Of a DNA stretch of 64,000 bases, positions 1 to 19,232 are shown piece after piece (within the stretch, counting starts at the first letter, position 1; each line of letters starts with the position of its first letter). Made by a program: the position numbers and the translations under genes. The notes beneath the pieces are model-generated. The model worked only from the letters and a program-made list of their open reading frames with translations. It was not told the DNA's origin and made no database searches. Origin of the DNA: Eledone cirrhosa. Taxonomy: Eukaryota. The stretch lies in assembly GCA_964016885.1 (NCBI GenBank), contig OZ024740.1, positions 354,082,001 to 354,146,000 on the forward strand, given 5' to 3'.

Positions 1-3816
<3,816 letters not shown>

Positions 3817-4016
3817 NNNNNNNNNNNNNNNNNNNNNNNNNNNNNNNNNNNNNNNNNNNNNNNNNNNNNNNNNNNNNNNNNNNNNNNNNNNNNNNNNNNN
3901 NNNNNNNNNNNNNNNNNNNNNNNNNNNNNNNNNNNNNNNNNNNNNNNNNNNNNNNNNNNNNNNNNNNNNNNNNNNNNNNNNNNNNNNNNNNNNNNNNNNN
4001 NNNNNNNNNNNNNNNN
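3817..4016. other. Assembly gap (200 N)
   Basis: Run of N. Confidence 1.
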
Positions 4017-4114
4017 AACCTCATTTACAGTTAGTGCTGGATATATATATATATGTATATATATATATATGTATATATATGTATATATATATATATGTAT
4101 ATATATATATGTAT

Positions 4115-7037
4115 AGCTATAAGCTATTCTGGGTAGGTAAAGATGATGGGTTAGGGGGAGTAGGCATTTTCCTGGCTGAGAAATGGATCAATAAGACAAT
4201 AGAGGTAGTTCGAGTTAGTAATCGAATAATTAAGCTTAGATTAGTTGTAGGTTGGAGACTACTGACAATCATCTCGGTCTATGCTCCCCAAGCAGGCCTA
4301 GGCAAAGATGAGAAAGACTGCTTTTATGAGCAACTTTTGCAAACAACCACAATGACAGAGGACGGAGACATCGTTATGCTAGCAGGAGACTTCAATGGTC
4401 ATGTTGGACAGCTCGAGGATGGTTACACTGGGGTACATGGTGGGCACGGTTACGGTTCAAGAAATGAAGAAGGAGTGAGACTTCTTGAATTTTGTGATGG
4501 AAGTACATTGACTATTTGCAACACAAACTTCCAGAAACCTGCCAATCACCTAATAACCTACAAATCTGGTGAGCACATAAGCCAGATTGACTTCCTGCTA
4601 GTTAGGCAGCGGGACAGGCAGATAGTGTCTAATACCAAGGCATACCCTGGGGAAGAATGTACCCCACAGCATAGGTTAGTTGTTAGTGATATCTCAGTAA
4701 GCAAGAGATGGAATGAGACATATAGGAAGGTGTGGAGAAGAAAGGTCTGGAAGCTAAAAGACCTTTCACTAAAATTCAAATTTAGGAAAGCCCTTCAAGA
4801 TGTATATGACGAAAAAGAAGACGATTTAGAGACGTATGACATAGATAATAACTGGAAGTTCTTACGTGACAACTTGCTGCAGGCTACTGATGAAACCTGT
4901 GGCTGGAGCAGAGCTCCAACCAGACAGAGAGTGACCTGGTGGTGGAACAGCAGTGTAGTTAAGGCTATTAGAGACAAAAGACTAGCATGGAAGGCTTGGA
5001 AAAGGGGTGGGAGTAGGGAAGAATATACAGCCACTAAGAGAGAAGCTAGACGTCAGGTGTACTTAGCACGCAGGGAGGCAGAGAGTAGGAGGTTTGCCAA
5101 TGTTCTGCGACGGGAAGATCAGAGGCGTGCGGTGTTCCACATTGCAAGGCAGTGTGTCAATGCAAATCAGGATGTTGTTGGTGATAAATGTGTCCGGGAT
5201 GATGCCGGTGTACTTAGTGTCACGAATGACCAGAAAAAGGAGGCCTGGAAATGTCATTATGAGAGACTGATGAATGTGGAGAACGAATGGGAGAGAGAGA
5301 AATTACCCTTGGTAGATCCGACAGAGGGACCAGCTATTGAGATTGATGAATATAGGGTCCAAGAGGCGATTAGGGAAATGAAAAATGGTAAGGCGGCCGG
5401 ACCATCGGGAATAGTTGCTGAGATGCTGAAGGCATCAGGGGACGTAGGCACTAAACTGGTTGCACGCATAATCAATCAGGCTATATATGGTGGTGTCGTA
5501 CCCAAAGACTGGTGCAGCAGTATTCTCATAAATTGCTACAAAGGCAAAGGGGATGCTTTGGAGAGGAGCAATTATAGGGGTATAAAACTGATAGATCAGG
5601 TTATGAAAGTGGCAGAAAGGATTTTAGCACAACTAATTAGAGAAAGGGTCAAACTAGATGAGATGCAGTTTGGTTTTGTGCCTGGGAAGAGTACAACAGA
5701 TGCCCTCTTCTTGGTGAGACAAATGCAAGAGAGGTTCTTAGAGAAGAATAAGCCACTATACTTAGCCTTTGTTGACCTAGAGAAGGCCTTTGATAGGGTA
5801 CCCCGATCTGTCATCTGGTGGTCCCTAAGGAAGCTGGGTGTTGAGGAATGGCTTGTAAGGACAGTGCAAACTTTGTACAGAGGTACTCTCAGTAAAGTCA
5901 GGGTAGGAATGGAGTTTAGTGAGGAATTCCAGATACAAGTAGGAGTACATCAGGGTTCGGTCCTCAGCCCGCTCTTGTTCATTATAGTCCTCCAAGCCAT
6001 AACAGAGGAGTTTAAGACTGGCTGTCCATGGGAACTTCTCTATGCTGACGATCTGGCTCTTATGGCAGAATCAGTAGAGGAGCTAGAGAATAAATTCCGG
6101 CTATGGAAACAGCAGTTGGAAGCAAGAGGACTGAGAGTAAATCTAGCTAAGACAAAAGTGTTGATGAGTAGAAAAGAGGACAAAACCCTGATTCCGTCAG
6201 GGAAATGGCCATGTTCGATATGCAGAAAAGGAACTGGCATAAATTCTATAAAATGCACACAATGTAGGTCCTGGATACACAAGAGATGTAGCGGGATAGC
6301 AGGCAAACTAACAGGTAGGGAGAAATATGTATGCAGTAGATGTACAGGGAAATTAGACAGTAGAAGTCGCACTGATAGACACATTTTTCAAATGCGAGAG
6401 GGCGCTATAGAAGTGGTGGATAGCTTCCGGTACCTAGGAGATCAGATTAGCATGGGAGGAGGGTGTTCCGAGGCCATAGTATCTAGAATAAGGACGGGTT
6501 GGAAGAAGTTTAGGGAGCTGCTTCCTCTGTTGACGAAGAAGGGTTTCTCCCTGCGTACGAAAGGCCGGTTGTATGATGCCTGTGTGAGGAGCGCGATGCT
6601 GCATGGTAGTGAGACATGGGCAGCAACCGCAGAAGATATGCGACGGCTGGAGAGAAATGAGGCAAGCATGCTCTGTTGGATGTGCAGTGTAAATGTGCGT
6701 GAACGACCCAGCATAAATGTGTTGAGAGAGAAACTGTGTCTGAGAGGGATAGAATGTAGTGTACGGGAGAGGAGACTGAGGTGGTATGGACATGTGATGC
6801 GCATGGAGGATGACCGATGGGTGAAGAAGTGCCAGGAAATGCCAGTTGAAGGAAGACGTGGTAGAGGTAGACCACGAAAAACATGGGCGGAGGTGGTGAG
6901 AACAGACCTCAGATCATTGAAGCTCACGGTGGAGATGACGAGGGACCGTGACGAGTGGAGAGATGCTGTGCTGAATAAGACCCGTCCCACCCTTGCAAGC
7001 AGGGAAAAGCGGACGTAAAATGATGATGATGATGATG
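4115..7037 (+). mobile_element. RTE-clade non-LTR retrotransposon, 5'-truncated, ORF otherwise uninterrupted (APE + RT + PHD-like finger)
   Basis: Open frame from SYKLFWVG to stop at 7018. APE motifs SVYAPQ, GDFNGHVG, SQIDFLL, QHRLVV. RT motifs NYRGIKL, QFGF, DLEKAFD, GVHQGSVLSPLLF, YADD (6041), FRYLG. RTE C-terminus [19 protein letters not shown]. (TGA)n tail at 7021-7037. Confidence 0.95.
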
Positions 7038-7046
7038 ATATATATG

Positions 7047-7077
<31 letters not shown>

Positions 7078-7248
7078 GTATATATATATATGTATATATA
7101 TATATGTATATATATATATGTATATGTATATATATATGTATATATATATATGTATATATATATATGTATATATATATATGTATATATATATATGTATATA
7201 TATATATGTATATATATATATGTATATATATATATGTATATATATATG

Positions 7249-7281
<33 letters not shown>

Positions 7282-7292
7282 GTATATATATA
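7038..7292. repeat. (TA)n/GTATAT microsatellite between two tail-to-tail RTE copies
   Basis: Seen directly. Confidence 0.95.
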
Positions 7293-9133
<1,841 letters not shown>

Positions 9134-9564
9134 TGTGTTTGAACAATAAAAACAGAAGTCAGGTGAATGTAGAGAGTTAGTTCATTGTTTTACAATCATT
9201 TCAGAGGGTCAATTGATCAATGGAGATCGATGTATTCACTAGCATGGTAGTGGTTAAATTACTACCTATATCTTGTCTCGAAAAACACTGTTCAATCGGA
9301 AGTCCTCGTCAGAAACATATATATATATATATATGTATGTGTATTTATATATGTATATATAAATATAGATACATATATATGTGTATATAACTTTATAGGT
9401 TTTTGTAGTACAGCTATGATCAATGGAAGACATGTTGGAACCACTGTGTGACTTTCTATGGGTCGTATTTTGAAGGAGATATCTTGTAATTTCATGTACA
9501 TCTAATGTACATTTAAATAAAACATTAGTACTCTTACTTTTGGGACAAACCTCATATATATATA

Positions 9565-9567
<3 letters not shown>

Positions 9568-9654
<87 letters not shown>
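9568..9654. repeat. (CT)n microsatellite
   Basis: Seen directly. Confidence 0.98.
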
Positions 9655-9657
<3 letters not shown>

Positions 9658-10084
9658 GCACTCCCAATTATGGGTTGAAGGGATTGGACTAAAAAAATGT
9701 ATGTTTTTGCTTTGGTTGTCTGCTCCCTTTTAACTTTAGATATTAGAAGGGAGCAGACAACCAAACAAAAGCATACATTATTTTTTGTCAGGTCCATTCC
9801 ACCCATAATTGCCTTGGAAATGTTACCTTTTACTCAATTTTGCTGTCTGAAGAAATCACGATATCTATCGTCATGGTAATATGTATAATGGCTCAATCAA
9901 TAAAAGACTCTAACACCTACAACTTCACATTTTCCTCTTTATATATATGTGTGTGTGTGTTAGGTAATTCCAAAAGAAAAGCAAATGAAGAAAGAGTGCT
10001 CTATGTGTAGAACAGAGCTGATGACTGATCCAGACATATATTAATATTGTCTAGGATCCAGAAACCTTTGGTAATGGAGTAGTT

Positions 10085-10840
10085 ATATTTTGTATATATG
10101 AAAGTGACAGAAAGATAGTGCAGCTAATTAGGGAAGAGTCAAATTGGATAAGATGCAATTTGGTTTCATGGCTGGGAAAAGTACTACTATTTCCTTCTTT
10201 TTAGTGAGACAAGAAAAGTTCCTAGCCAAGAATAAACTGTTATATTTAGCTTTTGCTGATCTAGAAAAGGCCTTTGACAGAGTACCTTGATCTATTATCT
10301 GGTGGTCCTACGGAAATTCAGTGTAGAAGTATTCCATAATCTTCCTCTTCGTTCTAGTTGGAACTCCCTTGCACATCTCTCTTGCACGCTACATCTGATT
10401 CTTGTTATGTTCAGCTTTTCTATGCCTCTGATAAGTTTAGCTTATCTATGCCTCATTGTTCATGCACATTATCATTACACATGCTATGTAGCTTGCTCAC
10501 ATTATTTTTGTTAACATTCTCACATCCTCTGCAGTCAATGCCTGTTTCTCACTACCATGCAACATTACACTTTGCATTCAGGAGCAGTAAACAGCAAGCA
10601 CTCACACAAAATCAACACTACCAAATACTCTGCTAGTTCCTTAGAAATGGTTGACAGCCTTTGTTACCTAGGTGATTTAATAAGCAGCAGGGGTGGGTGT
10701 TACAAAAGTACTATAGTTAGAATGAATACTGGGGGAAAAGTTCAGGGAGTTACTACCTCTGTTAGCCACAAGAGGTTACAATCTTCATCATCATCATCAT
10801 TCTACATCTACTTTTCCATGGTGGCATGGTTTGGTCAGGT
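10085..10840. mobile_element. Degenerate, internally rearranged RTE fragments
   Basis: + strand RT piece (QLIR..MQFGF..DLEKAFDRVP, ~10100-10330), - strand C-terminal piece (~10335-10570), + strand EMVDSLCYLGD piece (~10640-10780), then reverse 3' tail. Confidence 0.7.
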
Positions 10841-11489
10841 CATTCATTCATATGTTCCAGTGTTGGCATGGTTTCTATGGCTTGACAACTTCCCTAATGC
10901 CAATCACTTTACAAAGTGTACTAGGTGTATTTTATTGTGGCACCAGTTGAAAGGTTGTCATGACTAAAGAGTCCTCTCAACGTTTTTTAAATGGTTTCTC
11001 TGACTGGATGTCCTTCCTAACTCCAATCACTTTACAGAATATACTCGGTGCCTTTTATCATGGTGCCAACACAAGTGATTGTCAGGTCATTGACCTTTCT
11101 GAAGTATCCTCCCTACTCTGTGGTGTCACCAGTTGAATGTCAACTGCTTCACAGAGTGTACCGAGTGCATTTTATAGTGTCACCAACACTAGGGAAGTTG
11201 TCTTGTTCCAAAGCAAACTTGTTCAAGAGTAACAATAGAAAAAATGGTGAGGATTAAGATGGAGCAGAATATATGACAAGTGTGGTGAGGTGAAACAAGG
11301 GTGTGGAACAAGAGGGAGTAATGTGGGAGGAAGTTGAGGAATGCAGTGATGATGAGAATAACAATGAAGAGTGATAGTGTAGGGATTGGGTATGGATGGA
11401 GCAAATGTTACATCCTGCTAATTGGGTATGACACAAGATAGGTGAGGGATTAAGGAATTAAGGAGTATAAGCGTATAGTGGATAATACT

Positions 11490-13010
11490 GTAGGAATGGA
11501 GTGGCCAGGTCATTTCTACATCATAATGTCATAAGGTTTAGTTTCCTGAGGTCAGTTTTTACCACTTCACTCCATATCTTCCTGGGTCTAACAGGTGACA
11601 TCCACTGTGATTGCCCTACACTTTTTGTTTTACAACTGTCATCGTCCATATATGTTAAATGTTTGTACCAGTGCAGTCTTCACTTTTGTAGATTACATCT
11701 CATTTCTCTTATACCTAGTTTTCTTTCACTCAGAACACTTATTTTACATCATTCATGCACATAATAATTACATATCCACCAGAGCATACTTGCTCCATTT
11801 CTTTCTGGTCTTTGAAAATCTACAGTCAAGGCCTAATTCTCATTGCCATTTAGCAACACAGTCCACATGCAAGCAGCATGTAGTCTATCTTTCAGTGGGA
11901 GAAGCCCTTTGTTGCTAGCAGAGATGATAGTTTTTTTAACTTCTTCCAGTCAGTTCTTATTCTAGCAACTATTTTTTGGCACAGCCACCTTCTCTGTAAA
12001 TTAAGTCACTTAGGTAACAAAAAATGTTGATAACTTCTAGGAAGCCACTTGAACAATTATGAGAATTCATTTCATGTTAACTCTTAGTGCCTATTTCTCC
12101 TGTACCTCTGCTACATATAAAGTCTACTCTCATTAATCTGCCTCTGATGCCACTACATCTCTCGTGTGTCCATAAATAACAATGCATGTACCTTGTACAA
12201 TTTCTACCCCACTCCTTTTCTGCATATCAAGCCAGACCATTTCCCTGATAGTATCAGGTCCCTGATGGTATCAGGTCCCTGATTAGCCTTTGCTAAGTTT
12301 ACTTTCCAGCTTTTCAACCTTAAGTTTTGCTTCTAACTCTTTCATAGATTCAACTGTAATGACTCGGCTATCAGTATATAGGAGTCTCCATAAGTAGCCA
12401 AACTTAAACAACTTTATGGCCTGGAGGACAATTATAAACAATAGGGTTTGGAAGATTGAGCTCTGGTGTACACCTACTTGCATACTTGTCACTGTAATCA
12501 TTACCAACTCTTACCTTGCTGGTAGCACCTTTATACATGGCTTGCACAGATCTCACAAACCATTTGTTTACACCTGGATTCTTCATTACCCACCAGATTA
12601 CAGAATGAGGAACCCTGTCAAATGCTATCTATACAATAATAAATGATAGATACAGAGGCTTACGCTTAGCTATGTATTTATCCTGTAGTTGTTCTCAGAG
12701 TAGAAAGCATCAATAGTACCTCTTCTTGGCATAAAGCCAAACTGCATCACATCTAGCTTAATTCTGTCACTAATCAGTTGTGCTATATGTTGTTTAGTAA
12801 TTTTTATGACTTGATCCATCAACATGAAGCCTCTGTAGTTCTTTCTTGTGTATCTACTTTGCTCTTGTCGCAGTTTATGAGGATACTGCTATGCCAATCA
12901 TTAGGTGTGACACCATTCTGTACTACTTGATTGTTTATGTATGTGATTAGCATGTAACCTACCATGCTGGATATTTTTAGCAACTATACCAGCTGTTTTC
13001 CCTACCTTAA
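11490..13010 (-). mobile_element. Degenerate RTE LINE fragment
   Basis: Frameshifted remnants VGVHQ..LLFIIVLQAI..LLYTD and WFVRSVQAMYKG..SKVRVG, collinear with the 4115 element. Confidence 0.8.
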
Positions 13011-13430
13011 TTATTGATGTCTGTCTCCAATTCCCTTTATACCATATGTATTTATGGATGTTTTTATGCTGGATGAAGGTATTTATAATGGAGAAACCAT
13101 TACTTGAGCAGAAGTTAAACAAGATGCCTCTGATTCTATGAAACAAAATCACCCATTTCAAAGGGTTCTCACATAAATTAAAGCCTTCCAACATAATTTA
13201 TACGAAGATTTTGTTATGTTTCATATGTCATTAATAAAATTATAATTTTAGAAAACCCTTTCTAAATTTTTCATTAAATAAAATAAAGTATTTTTAATGA
13301 AATACAATAATAAAAAGATTAAATGAATCAAAAGGTTAAATGGAAATATTACCCTATTATAAAGAGGAAATAGAACCTCTAAGATATAATCTCTCAGACT
13401 AACACATTTGTCCCCCCCCCCCCCTTCTCA

Positions 13431-13709
13431 CATTCCTTTTTTTATTTAAATATGATTCTATTTAATTTTCTTGTTTTTCATTTGATTGACTTTACACAAC
13501 TGCAATAATAATTGTTTCTACGTTAGGCACAAGGCCAGCAATTACTCAGTGTATTACTGGTACTTTATTTTATCGAGTACCAGTAATACACTGGGTAATT
13601 GCTGGCCTTGTGCCTAACGTAGAAACAGTTATTATTGCAGTTGTGTAAAGTCAATCAAGAGAAAAACAAGAAAATTAAATAGAATCATATTTAAATAAAA
13701 AAAGGAATG
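13431..13709. repeat. Near-perfect inverted repeat, 134-bp arms, 11-nt spacer
   Basis: 13431-13564 is the reverse complement of 13576-13709 with about 4 mismatches. Confidence 0.95.
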
Positions 13710-14328
13710 CAATAATAATGATTTCTAAAACACAAGTCTACATATTCTGGAAGAAGAAACACTTGATTAGATTGAACTCCAGTATTTAACTGGTTTGATA
13801 TTTTAATGACTCTAGGGAGTTGAAGAGCGAAGTTGAACCCAGTATTTGTGTGTAACTTTACTGATCCTGCCTATTATTTCCACTCAAAAGGTAATAATAA
13901 TAATTGTTTCTACTTTAGGCACAAGCCAGCAATTACCCAGTGCATTACTGGTACTTTATTTTATCGACCCCGTAAGGATGAAAGGCAAAGTCAACCTCGG
14001 CGGAATTTGAACTCAGAATAATAATAATAATGATTTAGGCACAATTTTTAGGAAGTCAAATAATGTTGACCCCAGTGCATTACTGGTGCTTTATTTTATC
14101 GATCCTGTGAGGGCAGAATTTGAACTCAGAATGTAAGGGGTTGTAACTCTGTGCCACAAAGCATATTGTCCAATGTTCTACCGATACTGCCAGTCAATAA
14201 TTTCTAACGTAGGCACAAGTCTGGAGTCGATGGTTATACCTATACTATATCCTGGGGTTGATTTAATCATCTACAATCCACCCCTAATGTGTGGCTTTAC
14301 ACCTATGCTAGAAATTATTATTATTGGA

Positions 14329-14511
14329 TTGGCAGTATCAGTAGAGGGCCGGATGCCATGCTTTGACGCATAGAGTTACGGCCCTTGCCATTCTGAGTTC
14401 AAATCTTGCCGAGGTTAACTTTGCCTTTCATACTTATGGGGTCAATAAAATAAAGTACCAGTAATGCACTGGGTAATTGCTAGCCTTGTGTCAAAAGTAG
14501 AAACAATTATT
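14329..14511 (+). mobile_element. SINE family B copy
   Basis: TTGGCAGTATC(G)GTAGAG head, GAGTTCAAATC B-box-like motif, body CTTTGCCTTTCAT..AAAGTACCAG..GGCCTTGTG..AGAAAC, ATT tail. Related copies at ~13900-14017(-), 20100-20315(-), 23318-23509(-), 30870-31051(+), 51391-51570(+), 55685-55890(-), 61934-62048(-), 63635-63830(-). Confidence 0.85.
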
Positions 14512-15289
14512 AATACTTAATCTCTACTGTATCCCTGGTCTTTAGAATAGGTACCCTTACATGTAACAAGAAGCAAATAAAAGGTGGCATATGGAAGGGC
14601 ATATAGCTATGAATAATTGTCTCTAAATGGTCCCATTCAACCAACACCAGCATGGAAAAGTGAGTGTAGAATCGATGGTGATGATGGTTGATTTTCTCTT
14701 TCTCATTCATACACTCCCTTTCATTCTCTTTTCAACTACATGTAGTGGTGCTGGTGCCATTATAAAAGCACCCTATACATTCTGTAAAGCAGTTGGTATT
14801 ATTTGGGCATCCAGCCACAGAAACCCTGCTAATATATTGAACATATGTGAAGAACATTGTTCCCTGGCCAGTCAAATCCTGGACCATGACAACCTGCCTA
14901 AACCTTGCCAATCTAGAAAGCGAATATAAAAGAAATGATGATGATGATTATAGGAAGATTGATTTATTTTTTCTTGATTAATTTTAACATCACATCAAGT
15001 ATTCTCAATGCAAACAACAACAACAACAACTAATAATAATAATTTCTAATTTAGGTAAAAACTAACAATTTGTGAGGAGGGAGGGAAAAGTTGATTACAT
15101 AAACCCAAATATGTGACGGTACTTCCACACCCGTAAAGTTTATCTCAAACTGGCAACGCTCCCCATTAGCACTGCCTGGCCTGGGATTTTGGGAAGTTAT
15201 TCATTGACCCTGGACTGAAAGTCCTCTGGAAGATAATAGCTAGTTGACTTTCGTTGACACCCAGAGTTAAAGAAAATAAAATAAAAATG

Positions 15290-15510
15290 ACTACAACAAT
15301 CTCAAATATGAAGTTCTGAAAGTATGGAGGGGTGAAGTAAATAAGGTAATATTGGTACCAATAGTTATAAGAGCCCTGGGATGTGTAACAGACAACCTTA
15401 CAAACAATTTGCAACAAATTGGATTTGATCTTGGTAGAGAACCTGTACAAAAAACATACCTACTTGGCTCTGCCAGAATAATCAGAAAAGTGACAGATAC
15501 CACCTAGAAG
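15290..15510 (+). mobile_element. Degenerate C-terminus of an R4/Dong-like (REL endonuclease) non-LTR element
   Basis: Translates VILVPIVIRALG...VQKTYLLGSARIIRKV, resembling the P(I/V)(V/I)IGALG..LQK..LLGTARI end of this clade (from recall). Confidence 0.6.
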
Positions 15511-15683
15511 AGTAAAAAGTAAATCCTATAATCTTAAGCTCTGAGATCAAAAATAAGAAGAAAAATACTGTGCAATGATGCAGATGATAATAATAATAAT
15601 TTTTTTTTTTCCTTGGAGTCTGTCATTGATGTTATTTAACTGGAAAGTTTGTTCAAATGAACATCAAGCTGCTTCTTGCAGCC

Positions 15684-15790
15684 TCATATATTCAGGACGT
15701 ATTGGAGGGTTCTTGCTGTTCCCAGCAAGCATGCCTTTTGAAGTGTTCCAAAAAGGGGGCTGGACTGATGTTCTTTAACCATCCTTAAAA
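15684..15790 (-). mobile_element. Second R4/Dong-like C-terminal fragment, opposite orientation
   Basis: GTLQKACLLGTARTLQYVLNI-stop. Confidence 0.55.
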
Positions 15791-16149
15791 ACTGTTTGAG
15801 ATAGTACCTAGTACTCCTATGACAATCGGGACGACCTATTATTACTTTGATATGTAATATTATGTAACTTGCTTGCCTATTTGGAGCATACACCTAATAT
15901 GACTGAATCTCAAAGGAAAAGGTAAGTGATGGGAAATGTCCATTATACCCTGAAATATCCAGACTGAATGAACAGCCTTTTGCTTCGACAGAGAAAACAA
16001 TATAAAGTTAAAAATAAATTTGATGCATTAAAAATTGTTTCTATCTTTTAAACTATGTGCGACTCTATATTTTTCTCTTTGTTTTTGTTTTTTTAATTTT
16101 TTTAGTCTCTCTATTTTTCTTTTTTGAAATGTAAAAAATTACATGGATA

Positions 16150-16815
16150 ATACAACATAATTGACTATCTACTATTCTATTGCTCTATAATGACAATGTA
16201 CAATATACAGAAAGAGGCTTGTCCATGAATATGAAAACAACACTCCAGCTGATTTATGAATTCCTAATTCTTCTGATTCCAGACAAATTTAGAAAATGAA
16301 TTACTTTTTAACTAAATGATGTAATATGCTTTAGGTATCAAGCCTTGAAGATGTTTCCTGTGAGGCTGATATATATTTTATGTGTCCTGTCAACATCAGG
16401 AATATCGGTTTTTGTACCCCAGCTCCTTCTAAAGGCAACTGTAGAATCACTTATCCCAGTGAATCTACAGTTGCAGAAGTGTTGGTGGGGTTTATTATTT
16501 GAACTTCTTTATGGTTTCTAAAGATTTGCAATCCTTTATTACTTAGGCAGTTATAGCTAACTTCTACTAGGTTTATATTAACGATGTTATGATATCTTTG
16601 AATTGTAATGAAATGGACATCTATTAGGGTTAAAAAGAGTGTTGCTATATTAGTGGCAACATACATGTTTAACAGTAGATTAAACCACTGAACTTTTCAG
16701 CATGATTTAATCGTGTGCCACTTTTGGTTGGGGTGTGTCTGTGACACTGAAATTGTTGTCAGCTGTTGTTTTACTGTGTTGGACATTGCTTGAGTTATGA
16801 TAAACTTATTAGGAT
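16150..16815 (-). mobile_element. Degenerate Penelope-like element (post-RT/GIY-YIG region)
   Basis: KVQWFN..VATNIATLFLTLIDVHF..VSYNCLSN, and further 3' KIYISLTGNIFK, resemble PLE WFNPP..TN..FL.L.D.HF..SYSC and YIG.T..FK motifs; many stops and frameshifts. Confidence 0.6.
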
Positions 16816-16834
16816 TTATTATAGATTATAAATA

Positions 16835-17024
16835 GGGCGGTGAATTGGCAGTATCGGTAGAGGGTTGGACGCCATGCTTTCTAGCATAGTTACGTCCCTT
16901 TACAGTCTGAGTTCAAATCCCGCCGAGGTTAACTTTGCCTTTCATCCTTACGGGGTCGATAAAATAAAGTACCAGTAATGTACTGGGTATTTGCTGGCCT
17001 TGTGCCTAAAGTAGAAACAATTAT
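16835..17024 (+). mobile_element. SINE family B, full-length with 14-bp target-site duplication
   Basis: ATTATAGATTATAA at 16818-16831 and 17020-17033 flanks the element. Confidence 0.9.
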
Positions 17025-17447
17025 AGATTATAAGTTTGCTGGAACTTCAGCAATTTTTGCAATTCAACTAAAGAAAAATTATAATTGTTTTTTTTCTCCT
17101 TAAATCGCTAACTAAGCAGCACTAAAGCATTAAAACAAAGTTTTAATGTTTCAGTACCCAACTAGAACCATTAACCTCCCATACAGACCAGGGGCTACAT
17201 CACGCTTTTACATACATTCCCTATCTCTACAGAGTGTAGTGGATGTGTTTTATCATGACACCAGCAATATGGAGTTTATCAAATCCTTGACACAACTAAA
17301 AAATCTTCTCTACTCTTTGGCAAGATTTCTATGGCAGGACGCCCTTTCTATCACCAACCACTTTACAAAGTATACTGGGTGGTTTGCAAGAAACTGCCAT
17401 CATTGTTTATAATTTCTATCTCATTGGCTTTCCATTTATCTTCTCAG

Positions 17448-17516
17448 CATCCCGTTCTAAGAAAAACATTCAGGAAGCTATTGATGACATCAAAAAAGAA
17501 CAAACAGATGCAATTG
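17448..17516 (+). CDS. DHRSX: DHRSX-like SDR, internal exon (69 nt)
   Basis: ttctcAG acceptor, GTaagt donor, phase 1/1; (A)SRSKKNIQEAIDDIKKEQTDAI; joins in frame to the next exon. Confidence 0.85.
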
Positions 17517-17979
17517 GTAAGTAGATCTGTCACTTTCTGTTGCAGAGAAATACACATGAATCAGTGTGTTAGTTGAATGTTGACTTACATAATCTTCTTC
17601 TTCTCCCCTCCTCCTCCCACTTTTTTTTCCACCATAAGGGGACTGTCCATAATGTAAGAGTTGTTGTCGTTGGTTACTATCTAACATTGCATCTTGCTCA
17701 ATCCTCATTAACCCATTTGTTATTAGATTCTAAATGAAATATATTGTATTTATATTAATATAGAATTTGAAGGGAATTATTAAAATTATTATTTTATTAC
17801 TAAGATGCCATTGGTAATATAACTTAACTAAAGCTTATTGTATCAAATTATGTTGGAAGATATTAATTCAAGTAGTCACCCTTTAAAATGAGTGGTTTGG
17901 AGCAGGTTAGTATTGAAAGTGTTAGTGTGAGAAATGAATAACTTTCACAAAGCTCTTTCTAATATTATAAGACACTGTG

Positions 17980-18200
17980 GGTGGTGAATTGGCAGCATTG
18001 GTAGAGCGTTTGGCACTATGATTTGCGGTATAGGGTTATGGCCCTTTACACTCTGATTTCAAATCCCGTCAAGGTTAGTTTTGCCTTTCATCCTTACGGG
18101 GTCAATAAATTATAATACTAGTAATGTACTGGGGTCAATTTAATCGACTTTCTCCTCACACTCCAAAATAATTGCTAGCCTTGTGCCTAAATCAGAAACC
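17980..18200 (+). mobile_element. SINE family B with 18-bp TSD
   Basis: AATATTATAAGACACTGT at 17961-17978 and 18201-18218. Confidence 0.88.
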
Positions 18201-19232
18201 AATATTATAAGACACTGTAGTTATTTTTGTGATACAAAATCACCAACACCACAATATGTAAAGAGACACAGTGTGTAATTGAAGCAAACTAATCAGTATG
18301 TACCTAGTATTGACCTCATACTCTCTCATGGGCAAATTTGGCAATAGAGATTAGCCTTTTTATCATTGAACATAGCCATCTCATAATTCTTAAAACATTC
18401 TGTAATGATTTAACAGAAAATATCTGAAATCAGGTTTGTTAATTCAAATGTTTATAGTATCTTTAATAGTGAACAGATTATGAAAATTTGCAGCATTAAG
18501 GCAAATGCTTTAATTTTTTATGTGGTGCAGTCATGGTGCGGTATTATTTTTCACTTTTTGAGAATGTCTTACTAATGTGGTTTCATGTGGTTAAGGACAT
18601 TAAGAATTAATTTTGTGGTAGTTAGGCTAAACTCCAGTGCAGCTAACTTACCGTTAAAACATACCTGCCTAAAGCAGTTGACATATACAAGAATGCATGA
18701 GGAAAGATCCTGTTCAAATTTGTTGTAGGTAAATTTCACCTTAACCCTTTAGCATTTAAAACGGCCATATCCGGCCAGAATTCTCTCATCTCTTTCTGTT
18801 CAAACTGGCCATAACTGGCCACTTATACTGATGTTAAGGTATTGTTCTCAAAATAAATAACATCATAATCTTATAGATTCGATATTATGTGAGATAAAGC
18901 CTTTACCATGAAAATATAATAGTAAATATAGAATAATGTAAAAGTCAAAAGGTTCATACACCAAACCCCTGATCCACAGGAATATTCCAGTTATTCATAA
19001 GTTATAAATAAATTCCATTATTAACTATAGATCTCTGTCATAGTCAACTGGGGCATTGCATTATTAACACATAATCAAATGTTTTGTTAGCATTAGTATT
19101 CAGTACTGCAAGTTAATGAAACACTTGATTATGAAGAATTCAATGACAACTCTCTACACTGTAGGCTTGCTCTATTATCTAGTAGATTTAGGGACTAAGC
19201 ATTTTCATCATCACTATTATTATATTCATAAT

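Noticed and set aside
9140-17400. DHRSX exon with the TGxxxGIG cofactor motif
   Set aside because: Not found by eye; likely upstream of the window, so the gene is not called a pseudogene.
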